From the NCBI RefSeq assembly GCF_009914755.1, contig NC_060934.1: a DNA stretch of 64,000 nucleotides. One strand, written 5' to 3'. The notes below the pieces were generated by a model that was not told where the DNA came from, searched no databases, and worked only from the letters and a program-made list of their open reading frames with translations. The translations under genes were made by a program, and so were the position numbers. How positions within the stretch are numbered: position 1 is the first letter of the stretch; every line of letters starts with the position of its first letter. Below are positions 45,257 to 61,100 of this stretch, piece after piece. This DNA is from the human T2T-CHM13v2.0 reference genome, Homo sapiens.

Positions 45257-46961
45257 GGCACACACTGTTAGTAATTAAGTAATGATGAATTCACAACTTA
45301 TAATAGGTTGAAGGAGTTAAAAATTAATAATGAAGACTGCTGGGAGAAAATGATTTGGAACATTTGGAATAAGTTTTAACAGATATTTTTTCTAGAGGAA
45401 ATGGAATAGAGACCTTACAGAAAATTTTGCTTATAGATTTTTTTTCAAAACAACTTTCATTTATGATAGGAAATAAAACAACTAGGAGTAGGCAAAAAGA
45501 AAACAAAGAAACTTTGTCTGAAAAGGAAGTTTATTCCCCAGGATAGTCTATCAGTTAGCAGCTATGCTCATAATGAGCATAATACAGTGCATTTTCATAT
45601 TCCATTGAACTCTGCACAGCTTCCCCCAAACACACAACAAATGAACAAGAGTAGAACTGCAGGCTTTTATTTAGTTCAATATTGCATAAATATTAAATGC
45701 AGACAGGGAATTGCAAATGGCAAAAGGAGACTCTACTGAATGTAAATTGTGATGAAAATACCATGGGGAAATAATGGTCCCAATTTGCTACTTAGAAAGA
45801 AAATTTATGTGAATAACAAGACCAGACTTTCCAAAAACCTCCATTTAATGGTTATCTACCACATTCTGTTGTTACAGAGGTTTTGTTGTTCAATTTCTTT
45901 ACTTTTCCTAGGATGGTTCACATTGATGTTTCTCCTGGAGTGGGTTCTTACCCTATCCTAAAATGAAAACTACACATCTACTCAGTAGGAACCAGTGCAT
46001 TTAAAGCCATATTGTGTTCTGTGACTAGCACAATGCAAGGACAAAATAAATGTTAAAAATGAATAATTAACTGACAATAATAATCAACATTCTGGCTTTA
46101 AAAGGCTCCCAGAAACAGTCTCTCTAAAGTGAGCTCTCAGTGTCTCCTTTATTTCCAAATTCAGAACAGCTTTGACTCAAATCACTGAACATTGGGCATG
46201 AAGTACCTTCCTGAATTTATTCCTTTGTTTAGAAGAAATCATCTGTATCTTATTGTCTCTCTGAATGCTAAATGTGAATGGCTACTTCTCACTTAGCTTG
46301 TCATTTGACTCTGTAAAATAATGTAAATTCGGGTTATAAGTGTTTCTTTATAAAACTTTGTAGTCTTGGATATATGTCTGGATTTTATATATTATATAAA
46401 ATCATAATATTTTCTTTCAAAAAATCATTAATGTCAATTAAACATCTTCAAAATAAGAATATTCTGATAATTTGTCTTTAGTTCTCTTTAGAGACTTCTG
46501 AACCACATTGATCTGGACCAAAATGGAATGTGATGCACAATCTCATATTTCGAAATGAAAATAAAATTCTACTTTCCATTTCCTTGTCAAATTGTTTTCT
46601 GTGTCTTGCACTGCACTACAGTGGAATTTTTGTCATTTCTGCTTGTCTTTTATTTAAGCTCATTCTTTAATACTTTTTTTAGTAGAGTGAAATATTTGCC
46701 ACCTTCTCTAGTGTTAAAAAAAATAAGCTAGAATACTAACATGTATAGACCTCTAGAAATAATAGAAGAAAACAGTTTCCCCTCTACTTGAACCAATGTT
46801 CCCCAGAATATCTTTTCTAAATTAAAGGAAATACTGGACAAACATGAAAATTCCTAAACCCCATGTGAGATTTATGGAATTCGTATCTCTGAAAGAAGGG
46901 CAAGAAAATATGCAGTCTTCACAGTTTTCTGAGTTGTTCTGTGTGTAACAACTGAACTTAT

Positions 46962-46989
46962 ACACACACACACACACACACAAACACAC
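46962..46989. repeat. (CA)n microsatellite
   Basis: AC run with one interruption. Confidence 0.9.
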
Positions 46990-49887
46990 TGAATTTCACC
47001 ATCCTCCACCAGAATTTTCTAGTTCCTCACCTCCTGGTATTCTTGGGAACAACTGATATCAAAGCATTACAATATAATCTTGAGTTCCCAATGGAATTCA
47101 CTAACATGAGATACATTAATGTCAGAATACAGGAATCCATTAATTTCTATTAGAAAATTATTTCCAGAATCTAGTATGTGCAGAAATGTAGCTGTTAATA
47201 TAATCCAGGCAGCCATTTCATTGAAAAAGTCTGAAGAAAGTTAAATCACTTTATCGAAGATATGGTAAGTCTAATTTTTGCTGTAGATTAACATCCTTCC
47301 TAATGATGACCTTATTTTTTGCACCATTATTGTTCCCTTAAATAAATGATACAAATATTCTTTCTGTCTTCTATTCTGAAGGTTCTTCTTTTTTTTGAAC
47401 CATTGCTATCTTTGAAATCTCACCAGTTTTGAGAAGTTACTCATGCAAAAGTTGAAAATCAAAGTGGTTTTGCATGAGTTTAAAACACAAAGCTGGTAGT
47501 CAAAGAAATCAATCACTTTTTAGAGTGTATCATGATGTGTAAAGCATAAAAATAGAAGTTACTGCTTCAGTTCTATTTTCTAGAAGTATAAAACATGAGT
47601 TTAAAGATAAATTCTCTTCACTTGTCTTCACTTAGAAACATTTGCTGTAATGTTTTGAAACAAGATCCTCAACAGAATTTAATAGAAAACAAACGTTGTA
47701 AATGTGAAAGTAGTAGAGATGGAAAATACAAAACAAAGTAATTAAAAATAACTCAAAAAAACAGAAAACACCCCCCCAAAACATCTTATATTACTGTATT
47801 ATTGTGTTCTTAACTACCATTGAGCTATTGAAATCAAATTTCAATGTTGTATGCTTATTTCCATATTTTTATTCTGACCCAAGCTATGGAAATTCAGTCT
47901 TCTTCAACTAGATTAAAATTCAAACTGCCAGGTCATTCAGAAATTGCTATTCCTAGTATCTCTATTAAAAATGGATTATGTTCTTAAAATCCTTCAATGT
48001 TGGAGTATTTCTGAACCCTCAAACAGAGGCGAATACTCTGGTAATTACTTCATATATGTGGTGTCCAAAAATTTGCCCAAAATCCCAGAATATGTATCAG
48101 AAGAGATGGCACTCTAGTCAATATGATCAACCCTATTAGATCTAATGCCTGGCCCCATTGTAATATTTTCCCCAGCACTCTATGATAGATAGCATAACAC
48201 GAATTTGTGAAGATTATTTTCCACTTCTCAAAAATGCTTTCCTTAGATCAGAGTAGACAGCAAATTCATACCAAAGCCTCAGAAAACTAAACCAAACAGT
48301 TCTATGCTGGCAGCCATGCCTAAAAGGCTGACTTAGGGCAGATGTGCACTTGGCAATCAGTACTTGGCTAAATTACTCAGTTCCTGGTGCCATGATAATA
48401 CCAGTATCCTACACAGAGCAGCATCTGGAAAATCAATAAAGCAAACCAAAGTTTGCATCAATGGCCCAGAAATAGGTCTTTTATCACTATTTTGCTGTTC
48501 CAGCCAGTAGCTATTCATGGTGACTTTCTTCAATTAAGAGATAAGAGTAAGGACAAGCATAAATTTTAGAAGTCTCACCATAATCGGCTATGAATAAATA
48601 TCAAGCTAATTGAAGATTTTTTTGCATGTAGTTTCTTTTCTCATCTAGGTTCTAGACTTGCTTTCACAGCACTCTGAATGATATCCAATCAGATATACAT
48701 GGATATATGAATATTGTTGCTTTGAGAATGAAAGATAATATTGAGAATAAATACACGTTATCTGTATTAGGCAAAGTATATGAGGGAGGAGTCTGAATTA
48801 CTTTCATTTTCTCAGCTAATTTTCCAGTGCCTAAGTGGAAAGGCTCAAGTTGCAAAAGAATAATGAATAATATAACAACAAAGCACTCAAATTGGAATTT
48901 AAAAGTTCTCAATTGTAGAAATATTGGATTTATGACCTAATGGGTAATAAATTCCAATTTAGGAAACTTTTGTTTCTAATCTAACTGTATTATGTAAGAA
49001 AAGAAAATAGCATTTCAAGGCAACAAGGTACGCAAGCCACTGTATGTACTCAGACTTATGCTCATGTGTATCAGGTGTCTTATTCATAAAAGTTAGAGAT
49101 CATTTTGCAAAAAATCATTTATTACAGATGAACTTAGTGGAGAGGTTAAGACATTTGTAGGTTTATGCAGAGAAGATCTAACATTCTTTTCTTTTTAGTT
49201 ATCATTGTTTCAATTTTAGACTAAAATTATATTTTCCTTGTTATATATTAAACTGCAGAGGAAAACAGCACAAAATGCAAAATATCCCCTTTGGTCTAAA
49301 CTTTCAGTGCTATTTTTCTTCTCATATAAAATTATTATTTTTGCTTGATATGTAGGTCTCTGATCCTCTTTTTCTATGTTGATTAACATACATGAGTAAA
49401 AGTTTAAGCACAAATATGCAAACATAGATTCATACCTACCCCACATATTTATGTTTTACACAAATGAAGTTCTATTTTTGAACTATTTTTATCTTCTGTG
49501 TTTCATCAGTTGACACTGTATCTTAGAGTTTGTTCATGTTAGTTAAGGAAAATCTTTTTCCTTTAAATTGCTGCAATGTATTCTTTAGTTTAGATTTTTC
49601 AACACTTTGTTTAAACTCTCTCATAGTGGCCAGCCTATAGGTAGTTCTAGTTTTCATAATGGGAAAATAAAACTGGTGTAGAAATCCTACGTACATATTC
49701 TTATGTACAAGTAAGACTATTTATTTAATGTAAATTCACAGAAGTAAATGGCCTAGTCAAACAGGCCATGTTTATTTCCAGTTTTGAAAGACAGCCAAAT
49801 TTATATCTCAAAAGTCTCTGTCCATTTATACTCTGCAAAGAACATTTAAGAGAGTTATCCAGCATGTTATTTTTTGGGCTGGAGGTG

Positions 49888-49975
49888 GCATTTCTGTCAA
49901 ACTGATAGCTGAGTTAAAGCAGTGCAACTTTGCATTTCTGTCAAACTGATAGCTGAGTTAAAGCAGTGCAACTTT
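49888..49975. repeat. Perfect 44-bp tandem duplication
   Basis: GCATTTCTGTCAAACTGATAGCTGAGTTAAAGCAGTGCAACTTT at 49888-49931 and 49932-49975. Confidence 0.97.
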
Positions 49976-50025
49976 TTACATGTTTATCACCATTATAATT
50001 CTTTTTTTTTTTTAAACAAAATAGA

Positions 50026-50296
50026 GGCTAGGTGTTGTGGCTCTCATCTGTAATCCCAGCATTTTGGGAGGCCGAAGCAGGCGATCACTTGAGCTCAGGA
50101 GTTTGAGACCAACTGAGCAAGATGGCAAAAGCTCATCTTTACAAAACATATACAAATTGGCCAGGCGTAGTCCCAGCTACTTGAGAGGCTGAGGTGGGAG
50201 GATTGCTTGAGCCACGGATATCGTACTGAGCCCATTGTGCAGTTCACTCCAGCCTGGGTGACAGAGTGAGACGCTGTCTGGAAAAAAAAAAAAAAA
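50026..50296 (+). mobile_element. AluJ with small deletions
   Basis: GATCACTTGAGCTCAGGAGTTTG, GGGAGGATTGCTTGAGCC, A tail. Confidence 0.9.
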
Positions 50297-50899
50297 GGAA
50301 AAATACATTTATAGGTTTTATTTTTATCCTATTAAAATGGAATACTTTTATAATTACTTATTTTGGGCTTTTTTTTTTTTTTACAAATAGTGTCACTACA
50401 GAAACTCATTTGTTTATTTCTATTTTTATATACATATATTTATATGTACAATTGTCTTTCACCTTTACACTTGTATTTGAATATATATCTTATTACAGAG
50501 GTTGGGGCTTTCTTAATCTTTTCAGTGAAATCTGTCCATTTTTTACATAGAGGTAGAAGAGTACTGTATCTGCTCAAATACATACACATATATATATACA
50601 CACACAAATATGTATACATGTATAATACTATATATCAGATTTTATGATGTTTAGATATCATTTTGAAAAAAACACTTATTATACATGAACTTATAGAGAG
50701 GCTAATACATTTTGAGAGTTGTAAAGACAAATTTTCAGGTTTTTGCATTTTGTATCTGCCTTAGAAATATATCCTTAATTCAACTATTATAAACATATTC
50801 CTAATGTTTTCTTGTTATGTTTGTTTTACATTTATCTATTCAATTCATCTGTAATGTATTTTGGGGCCTATTATGAGATAAAGGCCAAGATGTATGGAA

Positions 50900-51950
50900 T
50901 TATAAATGGATACGCGGATAAGCATCCAATAGATATGAATAAAAATATTTAGTATTGTAAAAATGTCCCCTTTTTTTTGAGACAGAGTCTTACTCTGTCC
51001 CCCATGCTGGATTTCAGTGGCCTCCCTGCAACCTCCACGTAGTTCTAGTGATTCTTGTGACTCAGCCTCCCAAGTAGCTGGGATTACAGGCCTGTGCCAA
51101 AATGCCCTGTTAATTTTCATATTTTTTGTAGAGACAGGGTTTTGCCATGTTGCCCAGGCTGGTCTCCAACTCCTGGCCTCAAGTGATTCCCCCACCTCAG
51201 CCTCCCAAAGAGCTGGGATTACAGGCATGAGCCACCATGCCTAGCCAATTCTTTCCAAAGTGATCTATAGATTTAATGCAACCCCATTCAAAATGTCAGT
51301 GATATGATTTAAAGGACTTGACAAATTGATACTAAGATTTATATGGATGAGGGAGAGTCTAGTACAGCCAAGTCATATTTAAAGACACATTTAAAGACAA
51401 TGTGGGCATGTCATACCTTGTGATAAAAAAGTTGTAAATCTATAAAAAGACAGACTCATTTGGAAGTAGATAGATAAACAAACGATAAAATCAACAAACA
51501 GAGACACCAACCTCCGTATATATGAAACTTTATAGAGGCGACATAGTATAATCCGAGGGAAAAGCAAATGCAGTAGAGATCTTGTTGTTAGTGTGGGAAA
51601 AATGAAATAAAATGGATAATCATCTTACATAATAGCAATCATCTCTAGATAGATAAAGGACTTACATATTTAAGTCAAATTTTAAATTCTTGGAATAAAA
51701 CATAAATTAATATTCTGACCTAGTGGTTGGAATGTATCACTAAAATATGACAGTAAAAGCACTAGTTATAGACAACATGCTGTTCATCTACCTATATGTA
51801 ATTACAATTTCTGTTCAATATTTAATACTCTAAAAAGGGAAAGACAATACAAATTGGGAGAAGACATTTACAATACATGTAGCCAACCAAGAGTTAATGT
51901 ACAACTTAGATGGGTAAGGAAAAGCAAAGACCCAGTAAAAAAGGGAAAAT
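50900..51950 (+). mobile_element. Old L1M ORF2 fragment interrupted by an Alu
   Basis: TATTGTAAAAATGTC[Alu]AATTCTTTCCAAAGTGATCTATAGATTTAATGCAACCCC...GACAAATTGATACTAAGATTTATATGGA...TGGGAGAAGACATTTACAA. Confidence 0.75.
50971..51246 (-). mobile_element. Alu (J/S boundary) with a deletion
   Basis: GAGACAGAGTCT...CTCCTGGCCTCAAGTGAT...GAGCCACCATGCCTAGCC. Confidence 0.9.
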
Positions 51951-52519
51951 AAAAGTAATTATCAAACACAATCTGCTGAATATCCCAACAAGCAATAATT
52001 TTAGTATAAATTGCAATCTTCTAATTGTTGTATTAGTAAGGTGTGACATGCAACACTTTAATATGTAGTAGTAATAATGTGTCTAATATTTCCATGTAAA
52101 AGTTAACAAATATATGTTACACTTGGGAAAATAAAATAAATATTGTCATGTAATTATATATGTATCATATATATAAAGAACAAGTAATTAAGAAATTATA
52201 TATGAATAATGGTTTTATTATGTCATGTTTTTTCTGGTTTATTCATAATTTAAAAGAAAGTGCAGATTTTAGACAAAAGAAAATTTCAGTTTATATTTTC
52301 ATCTCTATTTAATTATATCTTGAAACAAAATATTTTGGTCATGATCTCTAGAAAAAAAATCACATTTTTATTAATTAACCCCAGTAATCCACTGGTGCAT
52401 GGATATATAGATAGTTTGTAATGAAGTCTCTAGAGTCTAAAACAAATGAACGTAAATTTTAAAGAAGTAATTTTGTTTTTCTTATTCTGCTTAGACCAAA
52501 ATTAATGGTATTTTAACTT

Positions 52520-52835
52520 AATTTATTTAATTTATTTATTTATTGAGACAGAGTCCTGTTCTGGAGCCTGGAGTGCAGGCTGGAGTGCAGTGGTGCAATC
52601 ACAGCTCACTGAAACCTCAAACTCCCAGGCCCAAGTGATCCTCCCGCATCAGCCTTCCAAGTGGCTGTGACTACAAGAGCATGCTACTATGACTGGATAA
52701 TTTATTTATTATTTTTTGTGGAGATAGGGTCTCACTTTTTTGCCCTGGCTGGTCCCAAACTCCTGGGCTACAGCTATCCTCCCTTCTCAACCTCCCAAAG
52801 TGCTACGATTACAGGTATGAGACACTGCACCCAAT
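52520..52835 (-). mobile_element. AluJ
   Basis: Diverged dimer with a local CTGGAGTGCAG duplication and a (TTTA)n tail. Confidence 0.88.
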
Positions 52836-52916
52836 CATAATAATATTTTTAAAATATCAGTCAGACCCTTGTAAAAAAAAAAACTAGTCAATACCAAAAT
52901 GACCTAAGAAATTTAA

Positions 52917-53226
<310 letters not shown>

Positions 53227-53369
53227 AATAAATTCTTATTGGTACTATTCCACTATATGTTCTTTTTGCTTTCTATACATATCATAAATATTAAATTATC
53301 AATATTACAAACAAATAATGCTCGGTAGGAAGTATTTATATTCCCTATGTTTGAAATTATCTTACTTGT

Positions 53370-54105
53370 TTCCATTGCACTATTATGGAGACAACTGACA
53401 ATTCACATGCAGTTGTAGGAAAAAAATACACAAAGATCCTGTGTACCCTTTACTCAATTTCCCCAAAAGGTAAAAACTTGCAAAAATTATAGTACAATAT
53501 CCAAGATATTGTATCAGTATATCGACATTGATACAATCTATAGGTCTTATTTAAATTTCCCCAGTTTTACTTGTACTCATTTGTGCTTGTGCTTGTGTTT
53601 GTGTATATTTAGTTTTATACATTTGTATCATATATGTAGATACATGTATCTACCAATATGATCAAGATACTAAATAACTATATCAGTATAAGGATTATTT
53701 TTATTGTCTTTTTGTAACTACATCCACATCACTGAAGCAATCGTACTCCACCCCATCCCCACCCCAGTCCTAAACCATGTCAAACAGTAATCTGGTTTTT
53801 CTCCATTTCTATAATTTTGTAATTTCAAGAATGCTATAGGAAATAATATAATATTTAACCTTCTAGGACTGATATTATTCATTCAGCATAAGTATGTGTG
53901 TCAATATTTTGTTCCTGTTTATTGCTAAGTGTCCCATTTTATGAATGTACCATCGTGTGTTTATTCACTTTTTGAAGGACATCTCCTATATTTTTAGTTT
54001 TGGGCTATAACAATGAAAACTGCTATGAATGTTCGTGTACAGGTTTTTCTGTGAACATAGTTTAAATTCTCTGTGATGAATGTCCACAGGTCCAATTGTT
54101 GAATT
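53370..54105 (-). mobile_element. L1MC-type 3' fragment
   Basis: ATTCACATGCAGTTGTAGGAAA...GATCCTGTGTACCCTTTAC...TATAGTACAATATC...CTGCTATGAATGTTCGTGTACAGGTTTT. Confidence 0.8.
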
Positions 54106-55616
54106 GTTAAAATTTAACTCTGATTAATTTTTTTTAAAAAGTTATTTTTGTCAGGATACACTAGGTTATGATGCAGTAATAAACAGTCATTTATTTTCAA
54201 GGCTTAACAAAATGATACACAATACATGTCCAAAGACAGTGAGTAGGACAGATCCGCTAATTGAGATTACTCAAGAACTAGGGCAAATGTAGGGTGTAGT
54301 CAAGGTTTACTTGTCAAAACAAAACAACAACAACAACAACAAAAATTGGCTACTGGTTCACAAATCCCAGAAGAAACCTGATATATTTCTGCTCCTATAA
54401 GTTCAGAAAGCAACATAAGGGAGATGAGGAAGTGCTCAAACAATATTTTTGAATAGCAGTAACAATCATTCATTGTCGACCAAGCTTTAAAAAATTATTC
54501 AGATTTATGTTTGTCATAAAATGATATTTGTTCCACCAAAAAGGTATAAACACTTGGTAGCATTTCCTCTCCTGTGACTAATGAGCCTTTTACAGAGTTA
54601 TAAGCAAAATCCCCAAAACATTCAGATCCTGACAGAGATGTATTTTCTCGGGCAACAGATTACACCCTACCCAAATAGGAGTGCAAATAAAAAGCTGTAG
54701 CACATCCAACCATTCTTCAGTTATATAAATCAATACCTGCTATGTCTGTGCCCTAGATGTAATCCTGTCTTAGAATAAAGAGGTTATTAAAAAATGGAAT
54801 ATCCACTTACTCTTCCTTTTTAAAAAATATTTAATTATTATTTATGTTAATTTCCCAAATTATAAAATATTGGAACTGATCACAGTACTTAAATAGTTCT
54901 ATAATATTTTCATCTATCCTTAGAAATCCAAAGTTTTTTTCCTATAATTAAGCAGTTAAGAAATATAATTCAACATTTAATTGAGTAATATAAACATTAA
55001 TTAGCTGAGAAAACTCACGTTGAGGAGTCTAAAATATTAGTGAACCAAAAATAAATCCAAGGGCCAAGGGGGGTAAAGTGATAAAAACCTAGAGCAAGTT
55101 AGCTTTAAAATTTGAAGGAAAATGTTTCACTATATCCTCAGAAAAGATAAAAGTCATCAATAAAGGAGACTAATTTAAGCTCAAAGGAATGAACACACAC
55201 AAACACACACATTTAAACTAGAAGACGATTACAATTTAGTCACTAAAGAAACCTGTAAAATATATTTTAAAAACTGTCTAAAATAATGATATTCATCAAT
55301 AAATATGTAATTTCAACATTCAGCTAAAGGAGAAAAAAATTTTCTAAAACAAAATAAATTTTTGTCCAATCATGTTTAGTTAGCATAGAAGGTCTGGAAT
55401 GGTTGTGATGACATTTTATTAAATAAGGCAAAATTTAAGTATAAATATTGAGGGTCATGATACCTGTTTAATTTCTCACTATTATGAAGTTTCAATTATT
55501 TGTAGAGTCATGGTCTCCATCTAATGGATTCTAAACAATTCAACTGAGGAGAAAGACAAAGACAGAAACAGAGAGAATGGAGAGAGTATAGGGCATGGAG
55601 AAATAGAGAGAGAGTA

Positions 55617-55660
55617 TGTGCGTGTGTGTGTGTGTGTGTGCGTGAGTGTGTGTGTGTGTG
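55617..55660. repeat. Interrupted (TG)n microsatellite
   Basis: TG run with CG/AG interruptions. Confidence 0.93.
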
Positions 55661-57577
55661 CATGCAAGTAAGAACTTAAAGTTTAACCAAACCAAATATT
55701 TAGTAGAAAAACATATTTCTTTCTTTTCTAAAAAGCTGAGCTGGACAACTCCTAAACCATCCTGTCGTTTCTCATATCTGTATAGTTTGATTCCTATGCT
55801 TTCTAAAATTTTACTACCTAAGTCTTGGAATTCATTCAAGCTTATAATTTAATTTGTATTGAATTACTAATTGTTATCATAGTTTAACTTTTTAAAGCAA
55901 ATACAGGAATTGCTGAGATTTATTGAGAATGTAACTTTACTAATACAGAATGGGATAGCAATGTGCCATTGTGCATTTTAAGTGAACCATAATAAGTTTT
56001 TTTTTTTCTTTTTTGTTCTAGGAGAATTTGAAGCTAAATTTCAGAAACATATAAACCTATTCTTGTAAAGTATATGGCTCATTCAGCAATGCACATAAAG
56101 CTGAATCACTGAAGTATGCTGATTGATCAATACAGTTGGTGGCTACATTTGTAAAATGGGTAAAAATTAAAGCATTTCACTATTTGGTTCAGTAAGTTGA
56201 GTGCATAATGGTTCAAACAGTATTTTATGCATTTTAAGTCAAGCACATTGTACACTGCAAAGTAGTCAACCGTGAAAACATTCAATGATTAGGTAAGAAT
56301 ATCAAATTTGAAATAAAATTAGTAATTTAGACAGATAATTACACAAAATGCTGGTGAGCCACTGAATTTCTTTTATATGTCTCTATCCTTTAAAAACGTT
56401 TAGTATCTCAGCATCTTTTATACACAGGTCTTCTTTGAAAGCTACTTGATTGTTACTGGTAGAAGGCATGAAAACGCATTTATTACAGTTGTAAAATTTA
56501 TAACATATGACAGCAATTTATAAGTTTGATGCATATTGATGTAACTTAAATAACTAAAATCACGCTTTAAAAATCTGGTTATTTATATGTATGTCTAAAA
56601 CCAATAGTTACTTCCAATACCAAGAAATTATAACATGGTACATAATAAGGTAGGTTTTTCAAAAGAGACTCAACTCCTTCAGTTGATTTTCTATGTGGTT
56701 ATGGTTATAAAATGGATGTCTCTTTTGAGTGAGGGTTTTGGAAGAGGCTATTTTTTTAGGGACTATGGTTCAGAGACACCAAAGTTTCAATTACAGCAGC
56801 ATCTAGAACCTTTGACCCAAAGGCTCTACCTGGAAACATTGGTAATAAGAGCAAGGTATCTTTTCCAGTTGCAAGCTGTCAGTGGAAAGGTGAGTAACAG
56901 ACCAAAGCAAAAGAGGATTCAATTGAACAGAAGTTTATAATCTTCTACTATTTGGTCAAGACAGGACATAGAAAAAAATATATATCAAGATTGCCTTTCT
57001 CAAGGAACCTACCATTTTTGAAGAAATTTAATCTTACCTACAAAAGGCAAAGCAATATGAGATATTAAAATATAATTGTAATTCCCTAATATCTGTAAAA
57101 GCAACAGGTGCTATGACATTTCATAAATGGGGGAGGCTTTGTGAAGCTTATGTAATTTGAAATACAAATAAGATTGCGAAAGAAGAAATGAGCAGCATCT
57201 GCAGGTCTTAACATTGCTATGGCAAGAAGACAAGAATAATAGAAGTTTCAAATTCAAGTTGTTTTGGAAACAGTTTAGTCAAACTTACATCTCATGTCAT
57301 AGGAATTGTTTAAAATAATTCAGCTAGTTAGCTTAAGTCTTTTCTTTTTTTTTTATTATACTTTAAGTTTTAGGGTACAGGTGCACAATGTGCAGGTTAG
57401 TTACATATGTATACATGTGCCATGTTGGTGTGCTGCACCCATTAACTAGTCATTTAACATTAGGTATATCTCCTAATGCTATCCCTCCCCAATCCCTCCA
57501 CCCCACAACAGGCCCCAGTGGGTGATGTTCCCCTTCCTGTGTCCATGTATTCTCATTGTTCAATTCCCACCTATGAG

Positions 57578-59654
<2,077 letters not shown>

Positions 59655-60430
59655 ATGGGGAAAAAACAGCAGAAAAACTGGAAACTCTAAAAGTCAGAGT
59701 GCCTCTCCTCCTCCAAAGGAACGCAGCTCTTCACCAGCAACGGAACAAAGCTAGATGGAGAATGACTTTGACGAGTTGAGAGAAGAAGGCTTCAGACGAT
59801 CAAACTACTCCGAGCTAAAGGAGGAAGTTCGAACCCATGGCAAAGAAGTTAAAAACCTTGAAAAAAAATTAGACGAATGGCTAACTAGAATAACCAATGC
59901 AGAGAAGTCCTTAAAGGACCTGATGGAGCTGAAAACTACGGCACGAGAACTACCTGACGAATACACAAGCCTCAGTAGCTGATTCAATCAACTGGAAGAA
60001 AAGGTATCAGTGATGGAAGATCAAATGAATGAAATGAAGTGAGAAGAGAACTTTAGAGAAAAAAGAATAAAAAGAAACGAACAAAGCCTCCAAGAAATAT
60101 GGGACTATGTGAAAAGACCAAATCTACATCTGATTGGTGTACCTGAAAGTGACGGGGAGAATGGAACCAAGTTGGAAAACACTCTGCAGGATATTATCCA
60201 GGAGAACTTCCCCAATCTAGCAAGGCAGGCCAACATTCAAATTCAGGAAATACAGAGAATGCCACAAAGACACTCCTCGAGAAGAGCAACTCCAAGACAC
60301 ATAATTGTCAGATTCACCAAAGTTGAAATGAAGGAAAAAATGTTAAGGGCAGCCAGAGAGAAAGGTTGGGTTATCCACAAAGGGAAGCCCATCAGACTAA
60401 CAGCTGATCTCTTGGCAGAAACTCTACAAG
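59655..60430 (+). pseudogene. L1 ORF1 remnant, disrupted and 3'-truncated
   Basis: MENDFDELREEGFRRSNYSELKE..., KRPNLHLIGVPE...GKPIRLTADLLAETLQ; early frameshift plus TAG/TGA stops. Confidence 0.95.
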
Positions 60431-60714
60431 TCTTTTCAATTCATCATGCTGCCCACAATATGCTATAGAAGATTAGCAGTTAAAGTTGGACAGGTAAAAT
60501 ATGCCTAGATTTTTGCTTGGATTTAATCTTATCATTGGAATTTGCTATAGGCTTTTAGAAATAATAGGGACATGAGAATTGGAGTATTTTAAGAAAACTA
60601 TAATTGTTCCTAAAAGGGTTTAAGACAAATGGAGATTACTGATAAAATATTAATTAGTTCTTGAATGACCCAGGCATGAGCTTATGGAGAACTAGAACTA
60701 GGTAAGTATTAATT

Positions 60715-60990
60715 AACTCTTGCCCTACCCTAATGGAAGAATCATGGGAAGGAGGTGCAAGACACCAGAGGTGGCCAGCATATAAAGTCCTAGGATCAAA
60801 TTTAAATTCCACATTTGTCCTTCAAGTTGCCTGCTTAGGTCTTGTCCAAGTGTACTTTTCTTTCTTTCTTTCCTGTTCTAAAGCTCTGAAACTTGCTTCA
60901 ATCTCTTTTTCTGCCTTATACCCCTCAGTTGAATCTTTTTCTTCTGAGGAGGCAAGAATTGAGGTTGCTGCAGACCCATATGGAAGATTC
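60715..60990 (+). mobile_element. ERV1 (MER4-group) LTR 3' fragment
   Basis: TATAAAG...TTTCCTGTTCTAAAGC...TCTGAGGAGGCAAGAATTGAGGTTGCTGCAGACCC. Confidence 0.65.
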
Positions 60991-61100
60991 AGTGAGGTGA
61001 GTTTGCTTTGTGCAGAAAGGGGATGCTTAGCATAATAGTATAAATGCTAAGTATAAATATTTATATTTCATATAACCACTGAATATTTAAGAGGAGATAT

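Larger units (their letters stand above)
49190..50890 (-). mobile_element. Old L1ME fragment interrupted by an Alu
   Basis: Antisense L1 motifs TTAAATTGCTGCAATGTATTC, TCTGTCCATTTATACTC, TTTCAGTGAAATCTGTCCATTTTT and CTTAGAAATATATCCTTAATTC. Confidence 0.6.

Noticed and set aside
45563-45581. 19-bp near-palindrome TATGCTCATAATGAGCATA
   Set aside because: Too short to distinguish from chance without conservation data.
56635-56940. 101-aa ATG-initiated ORF in unique sequence
   Set aside because: No recognisable domain, promoter or splice context; this length is expected occasionally in 64 kb.
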